Virus record (IMG/VR): IMGVR_UViG_3300042474_001151
Location: 1 to 48,430 of that record
Origin: a virus
Taxonomy: Duplodnaviria > Heunggongvirae > Uroviricota > Caudoviricetes
DNA length: 48,430 nt
Strand: one strand, 5' to 3'
Position numbers and translations under genes: made by a program. How positions within the stretch are numbered: the first letter of the stretch is position 1; each line of letters begins with the position of its first letter. This document shows positions 40,370-48,430 of this stretch, piece after piece. The notes under the pieces were generated by a model. That model saw nothing but the letters and a program-made list of their open reading frames with translations, had not been told where the DNA came from and made no database searches.

Positions 40370-41440
40370 ATGTCAAGAATACTACCAGAGAATTATCCTC
40401 TATATGATACAGTTTATGGAAGTGAGGTCCCAACAGAACAATATTATGTTATATTGTTTGATAAACTACCATCGAAATATGTAAATAATTTAAGTTACGA
40501 CCCAACTATAAAAACACACTTTTTAGAAAAGGAAGGATTTTTTGAGGAATGTAATATTTTCTCATCAAATAGAAGATATGATTTATCATCACAATGTTTG
40601 TTTGTTAATAAAGAAAAACAAATAATGATTAGAATAACGGGTAATGTTACTAAAGACAAAGACCCATTGGTTCAATTAGATATTGTATATGACATTAAGA
40701 ATGGTAAATTAGAGGAACAATTAAAATTGGATGAAATCAAAATTTTTGAAAGAAAGAAAAAGAAAGCAAACATCCAATTAGTAAAAAGTGAAATGGGCCA
40801 TTTGGACACAGAGGAATATGATTTATTTATTCAACCAATGGATTTGGAATTAAATTATGGTTCTGAATTTAAAAAGGTACATGATGTCATTGTAAGTAAA
40901 TTAAATGAAACAAATGGTAAAGGAATAATTCTTTTACATGGAGATCCTGGAACAGGAAAAACTTCATATATTAAACATTTAACCTCATTGATAACTGAAA
41001 AGGATATTTTGTTCATTCCACCGTCAATGGCGGAAATGTTATCTGAACCATCTATCATTCCATTCTTAATGGACCATAAGAATTCAATTTTAATTATTGA
41101 AGATGCTGAGAGGGTTATTTCGGATAGAGAAGGAAATGGTTCACCCGCTGGTGTTTCTAATATTTTGAACCTTACAGATGGTATCTTGGGGGATTGTCTA
41201 AGTATTCAGATTGTTGCAACCTTCAACATGAAACGAGAAAAAATTGACCAAGCCTTACTTCGTAAAGGTCGTTTAATTGCTGAACACAAGTTTAATAAGT
41301 TATCGGTTGATGAGTCAAATAATCTTTTAAAACATTTGGAAAAAGACCACGAAGTTTCGGAATCAATGAGTTTGGCTGATATATATAATATAGACGTTGA
41401 ATTAATAAGAACGGCTAATAAAAGTAAAATAGGATTTTAA
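40370..41440 (+). CDS. AAA+ ATPase (BCS1-like clade)
   Basis: GIILLHGDPGTGKTS, IIEDAE, LNLTDG, IDQALLRKGRL. Confidence 0.9.
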   Translation: MSRILPENYPLYDTVYGSEVPTEQYYVILFDKLPSKYVNNLSYDPTIKTHFLEKEGFFEECNIFSSNRRYDLSSQCLFVNKEKQIMIRITGNVTKDKDPLVQLDIVYDIKNGKLEEQLKLDEIKIFERKKKKANIQLVKSEMGHLDTEEYDLFIQPMDLELNYGSEFKKVHDVIVSKLNETNGKGIILLHGDPGTGKTSYIKHLTSLITEKDILFIPPSMAEMLSEPSIIPFLMDHKNSILIIEDAERVISDREGNGSPAGVSNILNLTDGILGDCLSIQIVATFNMKREKIDQALLRKGRLIAEHKFNKLSVDESNNLLKHLEKDHEVSESMSLADIYNIDVELIRTANKSKIGF

Positions 41441-41444
41441 AAAT

Positions 41445-41750
41445 ATGGAAAACGTAACATCAGATAAAGTAAAAGAATTACAATCACAAGGAAATAAAGT
41501 TTTAGTAGATTATTGGGCAAAATGGTGCGGACCATGTAAATCCCTAATACCTAGATTAGAAATTTTAGAATCACAATACCCAAATGTAACCTTTGTAAAG
41601 GTAGATGTGGATGAAAATATGGACTCGGCTTTAGATATGGGAATTCGTTCAGTACCAACAGTAATCATTTATGACGGGGATAAATTAGTAAATCGTTCAC
41701 AAGGTGTACAACCAGAAGGATTCTATAAAGATATCTTAAATAATTTATAA
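41445..41750 (+). CDS. trxA: Thioredoxin
   Basis: WAKWCGPCK, VDVDE, IRSVPT. Confidence 0.95.
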   Translation: MENVTSDKVKELQSQGNKVLVDYWAKWCGPCKSLIPRLEILESQYPNVTFVKVDVDENMDSALDMGIRSVPTVIIYDGDKLVNRSQGVQPEGFYKDILNNL

Positions 41751-41753
41751 ATT

Positions 41754-42023
41754 ATGAATAATATTGTTGTTTTCACTTTAAAAGGTTGTGGACATTGTGT
41801 AGAACTTAAAAAAGAATTAATTCTACGTGAAATACAATATAATGAAATTGAAATAAGTGAAAACGAGGAGATTTGGAATCAAGTAGTAAAACAAACTGGA
41901 CACAACGCCCTACCGACCGTATTTATAGGTCTTGAGGGGAATGAAAACGGTCCTGTTTTTGTTGCTGGTCGAGATTTTAAAGGTAAAGATGAAATCATTG
42001 AAATAATAAAAAAATACATATAA
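41754..42023 (+). CDS. Glutaredoxin/NrdH-like redoxin
   Basis: GCGHC and LPTVFI. Confidence 0.85.
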   Translation: MNNIVVFTLKGCGHCVELKKELILREIQYNEIEISENEEIWNQVVKQTGHNALPTVFIGLEGNENGPVFVAGRDFKGKDEIIEIIKKYI

Positions 42024-42026
42024 AAT

Positions 42027-42054
42027 AAAAAAGGGACTAAATGTTCCTTTTTTT
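42027..42054. terminator. Intrinsic terminator, probably bidirectional
   Basis: AAAAAAGGGAC-TAAAT-GTTCCTTTTTTT after the glutaredoxin gene. Confidence 0.8.
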
Positions 42055-42076
42055 ATGCGAAGAAGTAGAATAAAAG

Positions 42077-42106
42077 TATTTATGTAAAAGACTTTACTTT
42101 TACATG
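42077..42106 (+). promoter_or_regulatory. TATTTAT motif overlapped by a start-codon-sequestering hairpin
   Basis: ATGTAAAAG (42082-42090) pairs with CTTTTACAT (42097-42105); ATG at 42104. Confidence 0.6.
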
Positions 42107-43129
42107 GCATTACAACAGATAAATTGGACCCAGATTGATACCTCAAACGTACCTTCGGGGTCAATTATTGATTTAGGGGCGGTTTCAGGTGCACTACATG
42201 CAGTTTATGCTGAAAATTTATATGCCGACGAGATATTGGTTAGTGGTCAAACATTAACTCAAATTATTAGTGATTCAGGTACTGCGGAGATAAACATATA
42301 TACTGCATCATTAAAAGAAGCATTAGAAACCACAGGTTCAAATTTAACAGTCAAAGGTAATCTCTTAGTAAAGGGTACAACAACCTCAATCAATTCAACG
42401 ACAGTTGCTATTGGTGATAATATCATTGAATTAAATGGTACCGCAGCAACGAACGGAGGTTTATTAATAAAAGACCCAACCTCTCCTAATACGATTTCAG
42501 GTTCCTTACTTTGGGATTCTTCTTTGGATTATTGGAAGGCGGGACAATTAGGTAGTGAAGAAAAAATAATATTAATAAGTGAACTTAATAGTGCAACTTC
42601 ATCTTTATCTGCATCAATTAACTCCCTTTCAGGATCATTATCTTCATCAATATCAAACATATCTTCGTCATTTTCGGCATCAATTGCTAATTTACAAGAT
42701 ACGAATATTTGGCAACCTACAGGTTCATTTTTTGCAACGACAAACGATTTACAAATTACGGGTTCATTAAAGATAACATCAGGTTCCGCAGTATTCGGTT
42801 CAAATTTAACTGCAAACAATAGTGATTTATATCTTACAAGTGGTAGTGGTTTATATATTAAAGACAATGCACTTGTTGATATTACAGGTTCTCTTAATAT
42901 GTCAGGTTCGGTTGTAATTAAAGGGGACCTTACAGTAGAAGGAAAAACAACATTAATACAAAAATTAGACCCAAACGTGGAATCTTTAGTGGTTTCTGGT
43001 GCTATGAGTATTGTTCAAAATCAAATAAATTCACAAGTTGTTGCAGCCTCTTTAACGATACAAAATCTTGGAACATGGGCTGATAGGTCAAATAATTCCG
43101 TAATTGATTGTGGAGATGGCTTTTTCTAA
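42104..43129 (+). CDS. Tail fibre-like protein (341 aa)
   Basis: GNLxVxGTTT...DNIIELN fibre module; SGS/TGS-rich beta repeats; Ser-rich coiled coil. Confidence 0.7.
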   Translation: MALQQINWTQIDTSNVPSGSIIDLGAVSGALHAVYAENLYADEILVSGQTLTQIISDSGTAEINIYTASLKEALETTGSNLTVKGNLLVKGTTTSINSTTVAIGDNIIELNGTAATNGGLLIKDPTSPNTISGSLLWDSSLDYWKAGQLGSEEKIILISELNSATSSLSASINSLSGSLSSSISNISSSFSASIANLQDTNIWQPTGSFFATTNDLQITGSLKITSGSAVFGSNLTANNSDLYLTSGSGLYIKDNALVDITGSLNMSGSVVIKGDLTVEGKTTLIQKLDPNVESLVVSGAMSIVQNQINSQVVAASLTIQNLGTWADRSNNSVIDCGDGFF

Positions 43130-43141
43130 TTAAAAATAAAG

Positions 43142-43149
43142 TATTTATA
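43142..43149 (+). promoter_or_regulatory. TATTTATA late-type promoter motif
   Basis: Upstream of fibre gene 43172. Confidence 0.65.
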
Positions 43150-43171
43150 TAAAACAAAGTAAAGACAAAAC

Positions 43172-45658
43172 ATGGCACAAATAATTAAACACAGAAGAGG
43201 TTCGATATCAGCACTAAAAGATGTTTCTGCAAACATTGGTGAATTGGTAATGGGAACAGGTTCTATAGGAGATTTAAACGCTCCTGTACTATTCATTGGT
43301 GACACAGCGGTTGCTGGTGGATACAAACCCGTATCTAAAATTTATCAAGGAACCACAGCACCTACAATTAGTGTTGGGTCTCACGGCTCGACAATGGACG
43401 GGTTACCTTTCTACTCTACAGGTACAAAAACCTTATATATTTTAGATAAAGGTGGTAATAGTGCCATTAACCTAACAGGTAATATTGAAGGAAATACAAT
43501 TTCAGGAGTTACAATTACATCCTTAACAGGAAGTAATGCTAACATAACAAATTTTACTGGTAGTAATGGTAATTTTTCTAATTTAACAGGAACAACATTT
43601 ACAAGTACAAATGGTAATATTACATCTTTAACAGGAAGTAATGCGAATGTTACAAATATCACAGGATCTACAATTTCAGGATCAAATGTTAGAGTAACAA
43701 GTGATATGAGTGTTGGTGGAAAAGTAGTGGTAGATGGAGACATTTCAGGTTCTAATTTAAATTTAACAGGAAACGCAACAATTGATGGTAATATAGTTTT
43801 AAAAGGTAATATTAGTATTGGTGACCAAACAACAGATTTAGTTACATTTGGTGCGGATGTTAGTTCTTCAATCTTACCAGATGTGGACAACGCATTTGAT
43901 TTAGGCTCTTCAGAAAAAAATTGGAGAAATCTTCATGTTAGTGGTACTGCTTATGTTGATACATTAGAAGCAAGACAAGTAAACTTTACAGATTTAGGGG
44001 TTTTAGAAGACTTAACGGTAAGTGGTAGTACATTCTTAGGAAACGGTGGAGACATCACAGTTGTTAGTGGTTCATTATATAACGACCAATTAACAAATAA
44101 TAGAGTTGTAATCGTTGGGTCACAAGGATTATTAGAAGATGATGCTAACTTTACATTTGATGGTTCTAAATTAAATATTGGTGTAGGTTCTTTTGAGGTT
44201 GATACTGATGGGGACGTTAGAACATCAGGTTCATTATTAGTTAAAAATAGTGCAACAGTAACAGGTTCATTAAATGTTAGTGGTTCTACAAATTTGGTAG
44301 GTCCGGTAGATGTTAACGGTGACACAAAAATGACTGGTTCTTTAAATGTAACCAACATCAAGGGTACAGGTTCTCTTTACTTACAACCCGACCAAGCCGA
44401 CGGAAGATATCTTGAAATTTATAATACCGGAGTAAGTGGTGATGTACACGTTAAATCTAATCAGGGATTAAGTTTCTTTGGTGACGATACCAATTATTTA
44501 TTAATTAATGATGGCACACAAACAGCAACAATTGTTGGTGTAAACGGTGTGTTTATTAGTTCTTCATTAAATGTTACTGGTTCATCTATATTAAGTTCAA
44601 CATTAGAAGTTAAGGGTGCAACGGGACTCAACTCAACATTAGATGTTACAGGTTCAGCAACTTTAAAATCAACATTACAGGTTGATTCAACATCACAACT
44701 TAAAGGTGCTGTAGGTATGAACTCAAGTTTGGATGTTACAGGTTCTGCACAATTTAAATCAACAATTAATGTTGATAGTGAAGCAACATTAGCGTCCGCA
44801 ACCGTTGAAGATTTAACACAAGACAGAATTGTAACCGTAGGTGCTGGTGGTTCATTAATTGATAGTTCAGGATTTACTTATAATGGTACTGTTTTCAAAA
44901 TCGGAAACGGTCAATTCGAAGTTGACACAAATGATGGAGACGTTAGAACTTCAGGTTCATTAACCACAAATGGTTTAACAAACAATGGTGATTTAACTGT
45001 AAATGGTGTGTTAACTGTAACAGGAAATACACAATTACAAGCAAATTTATATGTATCGGGTAATTTGGAAGTTTTGGGATCATCAACAAATGTTATTATC
45101 CAATCACAAACGGTTGAAATTGACGACAACATTATTAGAATGAACGCCTATTCTCCTTTCTTGAGATATGCGGGTTTTGAAGTAATGGATTCAGGTTCAT
45201 CAGGTATTTCTTCATCGGTGTTATGGGATTCACAAAACGATTATTGGTTATTAACTGATCAAAATAATTCAGGTAGTAAATTTGTTGGTACAACATTCGG
45301 AGAACAAGGTTCTGAAGTTAGTTTAACAAGTGGAACAATACCAAAAGCAACTTCAGCAAATACAATTGGTGATAGTTTATTAACAGAAAATAGTACAACA
45401 TTAAGTTATAATACCAATAAATTCCAAGTAACAGCATCAGATGGTGCTACTTTAATTGCAGGTAACGTAACGGTTAGTGCTGGTGGAGGTGCAGACGCAG
45501 GAACTAAGACATCTCAGGTTGTATTCAGAAACTCATCTAACGTTTTAGGTTATGTTTCGGCAACGGAATCAACAGATGTCCTTGATGGAATTTTAGGATA
45601 CAAAAACGCAGATGGAGCGCTTAAATTCTCAACCGTAATTGACGGAGGTACATATTAA
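43172..45658 (+). CDS. Tail fibre protein (828 aa) with Mtd_N/gp37-like N-terminus
   Basis: MAQIIKHRRG...GEL...LFIGD; beta-helix-like repeats; internal duplication; C-terminal IDGGTY. Confidence 0.8.
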   Translation: MAQIIKHRRGSISALKDVSANIGELVMGTGSIGDLNAPVLFIGDTAVAGGYKPVSKIYQGTTAPTISVGSHGSTMDGLPFYSTGTKTLYILDKGGNSAINLTGNIEGNTISGVTITSLTGSNANITNFTGSNGNFSNLTGTTFTSTNGNITSLTGSNANVTNITGSTISGSNVRVTSDMSVGGKVVVDGDISGSNLNLTGNATIDGNIVLKGNISIGDQTTDLVTFGADVSSSILPDVDNAFDLGSSEKNWRNLHVSGTAYVDTLEARQVNFTDLGVLEDLTVSGSTFLGNGGDITVVSGSLYNDQLTNNRVVIVGSQGLLEDDANFTFDGSKLNIGVGSFEVDTDGDVRTSGSLLVKNSATVTGSLNVSGSTNLVGPVDVNGDTKMTGSLNVTNIKGTGSLYLQPDQADGRYLEIYNTGVSGDVHVKSNQGLSFFGDDTNYLLINDGTQTATIVGVNGVFISSSLNVTGSSILSSTLEVKGATGLNSTLDVTGSATLKSTLQVDSTSQLKGAVGMNSSLDVTGSAQFKSTINVDSEATLASATVEDLTQDRIVTVGAGGSLIDSSGFTYNGTVFKIGNGQFEVDTNDGDVRTSGSLTTNGLTNNGDLTVNGVLTVTGNTQLQANLYVSGNLEVLGSSTNVIIQSQTVEIDDNIIRMNAYSPFLRYAGFEVMDSGSSGISSSVLWDSQNDYWLLTDQNNSGSKFVGTTFGEQGSEVSLTSGTIPKATSANTIGDSLLTENSTTLSYNTNKFQVTASDGATLIAGNVTVSAGGGADAGTKTSQVVFRNSSNVLGYVSATESTDVLDGILGYKNADGALKFSTVIDGGTY

Positions 45659-45680
45659 TAGAATTTAAAAACATTAAAAT

Positions 45681-45709
45681 AAAGGGAGGTCTAAAAAACC
45701 TCCTTTTTT
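45681..45709 (+). terminator. Intrinsic terminator
   Basis: AAAGGGAGGT-CTAAAAA-ACCTCCTTTTTT. Confidence 0.8.
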
Positions 45710-45733
45710 ATTTATTATATCTGATAATTTACC

Positions 45734-45741
45734 TATTTATA
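45734..45741 (+). promoter_or_regulatory. TATTTATA late-type promoter motif
   Basis: After the terminator, 4 nt before ATG 45746. Confidence 0.65.
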
Positions 45742-45745
45742 TACA

Positions 45746-46492
45746 ATGGCTATAGAATTTAGAAATGGAATTGATATTGTTGGGGCAACACCAACACCGA
45801 CCTCAACAACAAGTGGATTAGTATCTGGCGGATTAATATTTAATTTACAAACTGCACCATCTACGGGAACAACTTGGACAGACGCAAGTGGAAATGGACG
45901 TAATGCAACATTACAAGGTACACCTACTTATGTGGCAAATAATGGTGGAGGTATAAAATTAAATAACTCAACGGCAAATGGTTCAGGTAATGATTACATT
46001 AGTGTTCCATATAATATTAGTAGTAATACTGTAACTGTTGAAATTGTAGCATCATTTAATCCAAATTCTTTTTGGGCAGCCATTTGGGGTAATGAATCAT
46101 GGATTGATGGTTGGGGTTACGCAGCATATGTTGAACCAGAAACATCTATAAATTTTGGTACACCTGGTAATCAAACCTCAGAAACTATAACAGCAAGTAA
46201 TAATATAAGACATTGGATTTTTGTTATTAATGGTACACAAGCTAGTCTATTTTTAAATGGTTCACAAGTTGGAACAACCAATACTATTGGGAATCAGACT
46301 CTTTTTGCCACATCTGAATTTTATTTTGGGGCAAGACATGTTAATAATGGAATAGGTCCAGCCGATAGATTGAATAGTTCAATTTCCGCAAATCAACCTG
46401 TATTCTATCAAATGAGATTATATAGTAGAGCGTTATCAGGTTCAGAAATAACCGCAAACTTTAATAGTATTCGGGAAACATACGGTTTATAA
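45746..46492 (+). CDS. LamG/concanavalin A-like lectin-fold virion protein
   Basis: WTDASGNGRNATL, LFLNG, FYFGAR, MRLYSRALSGSEITANF. Confidence 0.85.
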   Translation: MAIEFRNGIDIVGATPTPTSTTSGLVSGGLIFNLQTAPSTGTTWTDASGNGRNATLQGTPTYVANNGGGIKLNNSTANGSGNDYISVPYNISSNTVTVEIVASFNPNSFWAAIWGNESWIDGWGYAAYVEPETSINFGTPGNQTSETITASNNIRHWIFVINGTQASLFLNGSQVGTTNTIGNQTLFATSEFYFGARHVNNGIGPADRLNSSISANQPVFYQMRLYSRALSGSEITANFNSIRETYGL

Positions 46493-46530
46493 TTTTTTCA
46501 AATTACATTTATTTAATCCTAATTTTTGTG

Positions 46531-46609
46531 TATTTATAGTTAAGACCTAAATAGGTCTAAATTAACCGTGGTATATACCACAAACACATAGGAGAGAACC
46601 ATACATATG
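46531..46609 (+). promoter_or_regulatory. TATTTATA motif plus structured 5' leader with three T-AnAT-A hairpins
   Basis: AGACCT-AAAT-AGGTCT, GTGGT-ATAT-ACCAC, CAT-ACAT-ATG(start). Confidence 0.55.
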
Positions 46610-48430
46610 GCACAAATAGTAAAACTGCGTAGGAGTAGTGTACCCGGTCAAAAACCAACAAACTCAAACCTACAATTAGGTGAATTAGCATTAAACACTA
46701 CCGACGGTAAGGTTTACATGGCGGTTTCAGGTTCTCTCGGACCATCAGTTGAGGAGTTAATCTCAACGAACACGGTTAATACAGGGTCTTTACAATTAGT
46801 AGGTTCGATTACAGCATCCGCATTTAGTGGTAGTGCAGTTGGTTTAACAAACGTACCATTTAGAATATCTGGTTCAGATGTTGAGGGTAATCAATCAGAT
46901 AAGACATTTACAAAATTACATTTTGATTCTGACACAGGATTAAATGTTAGTGAATCTGCACCCGGTACTGCATTTATATCAATTGGTTCTCACTTTAAAG
47001 ATATTTTTGTTTCGGGTTCACCAATATTAAGTGCAACAGGTTCAGACGCATTTGAAATTATACCAACTGGTGGTGTTGAAATTACAACATCAATTACGGA
47101 CACAAATGGTAATGGTTATGTTAAAGAATTAAACATTAGCACAACAACATTATCATCATCTTTAAATAATAGAATGGATACCATTACAGGTTCCATTACA
47201 ACATTATCAGGTTCGGTTAATTCTCTTAATACATTTACATCAAGTGTTGTGTTAACATCACAAACATCTTCAATGAATGTGTTAAGTGCCTCTTATGCAT
47301 TAACTGCGGCATTTGCATTAAATGCCGGTGCGGGTGGAGGAGGTAGTTCAGTTACAGATGGTGCATATGCGGTATTAAATCAAACAACGCCAGCAACAAC
47401 ATGGACATTTAAACATAGTTTAGGTCAAAGATATCCAATATTTCAAGTTTTTGATTCTAATGGTAGTGTTATATTACCATCACAAATCACAACAATAGAT
47501 ATTGACAATGCAACAATCACATTCCCAAGTAATCAAACAGGTAAAGTAATTGCATCGTTGGGTACAGGACCTGGCGGATTATCTCAATATTTTTCATCAA
47601 ACGCCACTTGGTCACTAGCACATAATTTAGGTTCAGATTATCCAATCGTAACTATTTGGGATACAAATAGAAGTATTATATTTCCACAAAAAATAGAATC
47701 GATAGATAATAATAATATTAAAATATATTTTTCAACACCTGTTGCCGGATATGTTAATGTTGCAAAAGGTGGACATATAATTAGTGGTTCGGTAGGTGCT
47801 GGCAGTATCGATTTTATAGGTTCCAATCTTGTAAGTGGTAGTGGACAAATATTAATTACAGGAACAACAGGATATTCAACATTTAGCGGTTCAATAAGTT
47901 CATCAATAGGTTCTTTAAGTTCATCTGTTGCAACAACAACATTAGTACTAAGTTCTAGTATTTTAAGTTTATCAAGTTCGGTAGCAACAACAACTAGTGG
48001 TTTAAGTTCCAGTATTGGTTCTTTATCTTCGTCAGTTGCCACAACAACAAATACATTAAGTTCTAGTGTTGCAACAACTACAAATAATTTAAGTAGTTCA
48101 ATCGGAAGTTTATCTTCTTCAATTGCCACAACAGACAGTAATCAAAATACAAGGTTAGATAATATTGAGACTAGTACAGGAAGTTTAAATAGTTTCACTA
48201 GTTCTATTAACACAACAATAAAATCTAAATTAGATAGTGATGGTGTTATATCTGGAAGTATCCAAGTTTTATTGACAGGAACAACGGGTTACTCAACATT
48301 TAGTTCTAGTATATCTACAAGTATAGGTTTATTATCTTCCTCAGTTGCAACAACAACAAGTGGATTAACAAGTACAATAACAAGTTTAAGTTCTTCATTA
48401 TCAAGTTCAATTGATTCTTTAAGTTCTAGT
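46607..48430 (+). CDS. 3'-truncated long tail fibre protein (at least 608 aa; absent from the ORF track)
   Basis: MAQIVKLRRSSVPGQKPTNSNLQLGELALNTTDGKVY resembles the T4 gp37 N-terminus (IQFKRS...P....LAEGELAIN..D). It has two W..xHxLG..YP domains and Ser-rich coiled-coil repeats. I translated the start and the last ~550 nt in this frame; no stop was seen. Confidence 0.85.
   Translation, partial: MAQIVKLRRSSVPGQKPTNSNLQLGELALNTTDGKVYMAVSGSLGPSVEELISTNTVNTGSLQLVGSITASAFSGSAVGLTNVPFRISGSDVEGNQSDKTFTKLHFDSDTGLNVSESAPGTAFISIGSHFKDIFVSGSPILSATGSDAFEIIPTGGVEITTSITDTNGNGYVKELNISTTTLSSSLNNRMDTITGSITTLSGSVNSLNTFTSSVVLTSQTSSMNVLSASYALTAAFALNAGAGGGGSSVTDGAYAVLNQTTPATTWTFKHSLGQRYPIFQVFDSNGSVILPSQITTIDIDNATITFPSNQTGKVIASLGTGPGGLSQYFSSNATWSLAHNLGSDYPIVTIWDTNRSIIFPQKIESIDNNNIKIYFSTPVAGYVNVAKGGHIISGSVGAGSIDFIGSNLVSGSGQILITGTTGYSTFSGSISSSIGSLSSSVATTTLVLSSSILSLSSSVATTTSGLSSSIGSLSSSVATTTNTLSSSVATTTNNLSSSIGSLSSSIATTDSNQNTRLDNIETSTGSLNSFTSSINTTIKSKLDSDGVISGSIQVLLTGTTGYSTFSSSISTSIGLLSSSVATTTSGLTSTITSLSSSLSSSIDSLSSS

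Larger units (their letters stand above)
1..48430. mobile_element. Segment of a large (jumbo-type) tailed bacteriophage genome, probable Bacteroidota host
   Basis: Baseplate/fibre genes are interleaved with phage-type replication genes and solitary host-like genes (clpP, sigma70, nusG, trx). There are no bacterial operon contexts. A recurrent phage-specific upstream motif and Bacteroidota-type promoter motifs are present. Confidence 0.92.

Noticed and set aside
43172-48430. Diversity-generating retroelement suggested by Mtd_N-like N-termini
   Set aside because: No reverse transcriptase and no TR/VR pair differing at adenines were seen in the window.
1-48430. Stop-codon reassignment as in some large phages
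   Set aside because: Genes are full length and densely packed under code 11. TAG (22616, 34400) and TGA (37032, 37141) end genes at sensible boundaries.

Overview
AT-rich (roughly 30% GC by eye), densely coding, almost entirely + strand segment of a large (probably jumbo, myovirus-like) bacteriophage genome. Several signals point to a Bacteroidota host: TTTG-N19-20-TAnnTTTG-type promoters, a region-1.1-less primary-type sigma factor, an Hc1-type histone-like protein, SprB repeats, a Q-rule signal peptide and D-(S/T)-hydrophobic sequons. Layout: 1-18.7 kb baseplate/tail-associated genes rich in Cys and Pro-Thr tracts, including a 2367-aa cadherin/SprB protein. 18.7-26 kb replication/recombination (RuvC-like, primase, PD-(D/E)XK nuclease, SbcD, SbcC). 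26-42 kb mixed region (DEDDh exonuclease, ClpP, lysis-like membrane genes, sigma70, degenerate amidase, Glu-rich putative head proteins, Hc1, Dam-family MTase, NusG, AAA+, thioredoxin, glutaredoxin). 42-48.4 kb tail fibres, including an ORF missing from the supplied track (46607 to window end). No tRNA, rRNA, CRISPR array, integrase or reverse transcriptase was seen. Best leads: (1) two unrelated enzymes carrying a T4-CTS-like N-terminal leader ending in I/L-x-E under a TATTTAT late-type promoter, plus head proteins built as I/L-x-E-delimited peptide modules, suggesting a capsid cargo/injected-effector system; (2) a strongly enriched [S/T]-G-x-T motif in baseplate proteins, a possible modification sequon; (3) a stand-alone two-hairpin small RNA; (4) RNA-structure controls on fibre genes; (5) an A10 slippage site; (6) a re-split Mre11/Rad50. 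All family calls come from motif recognition by eye, not from database searches.
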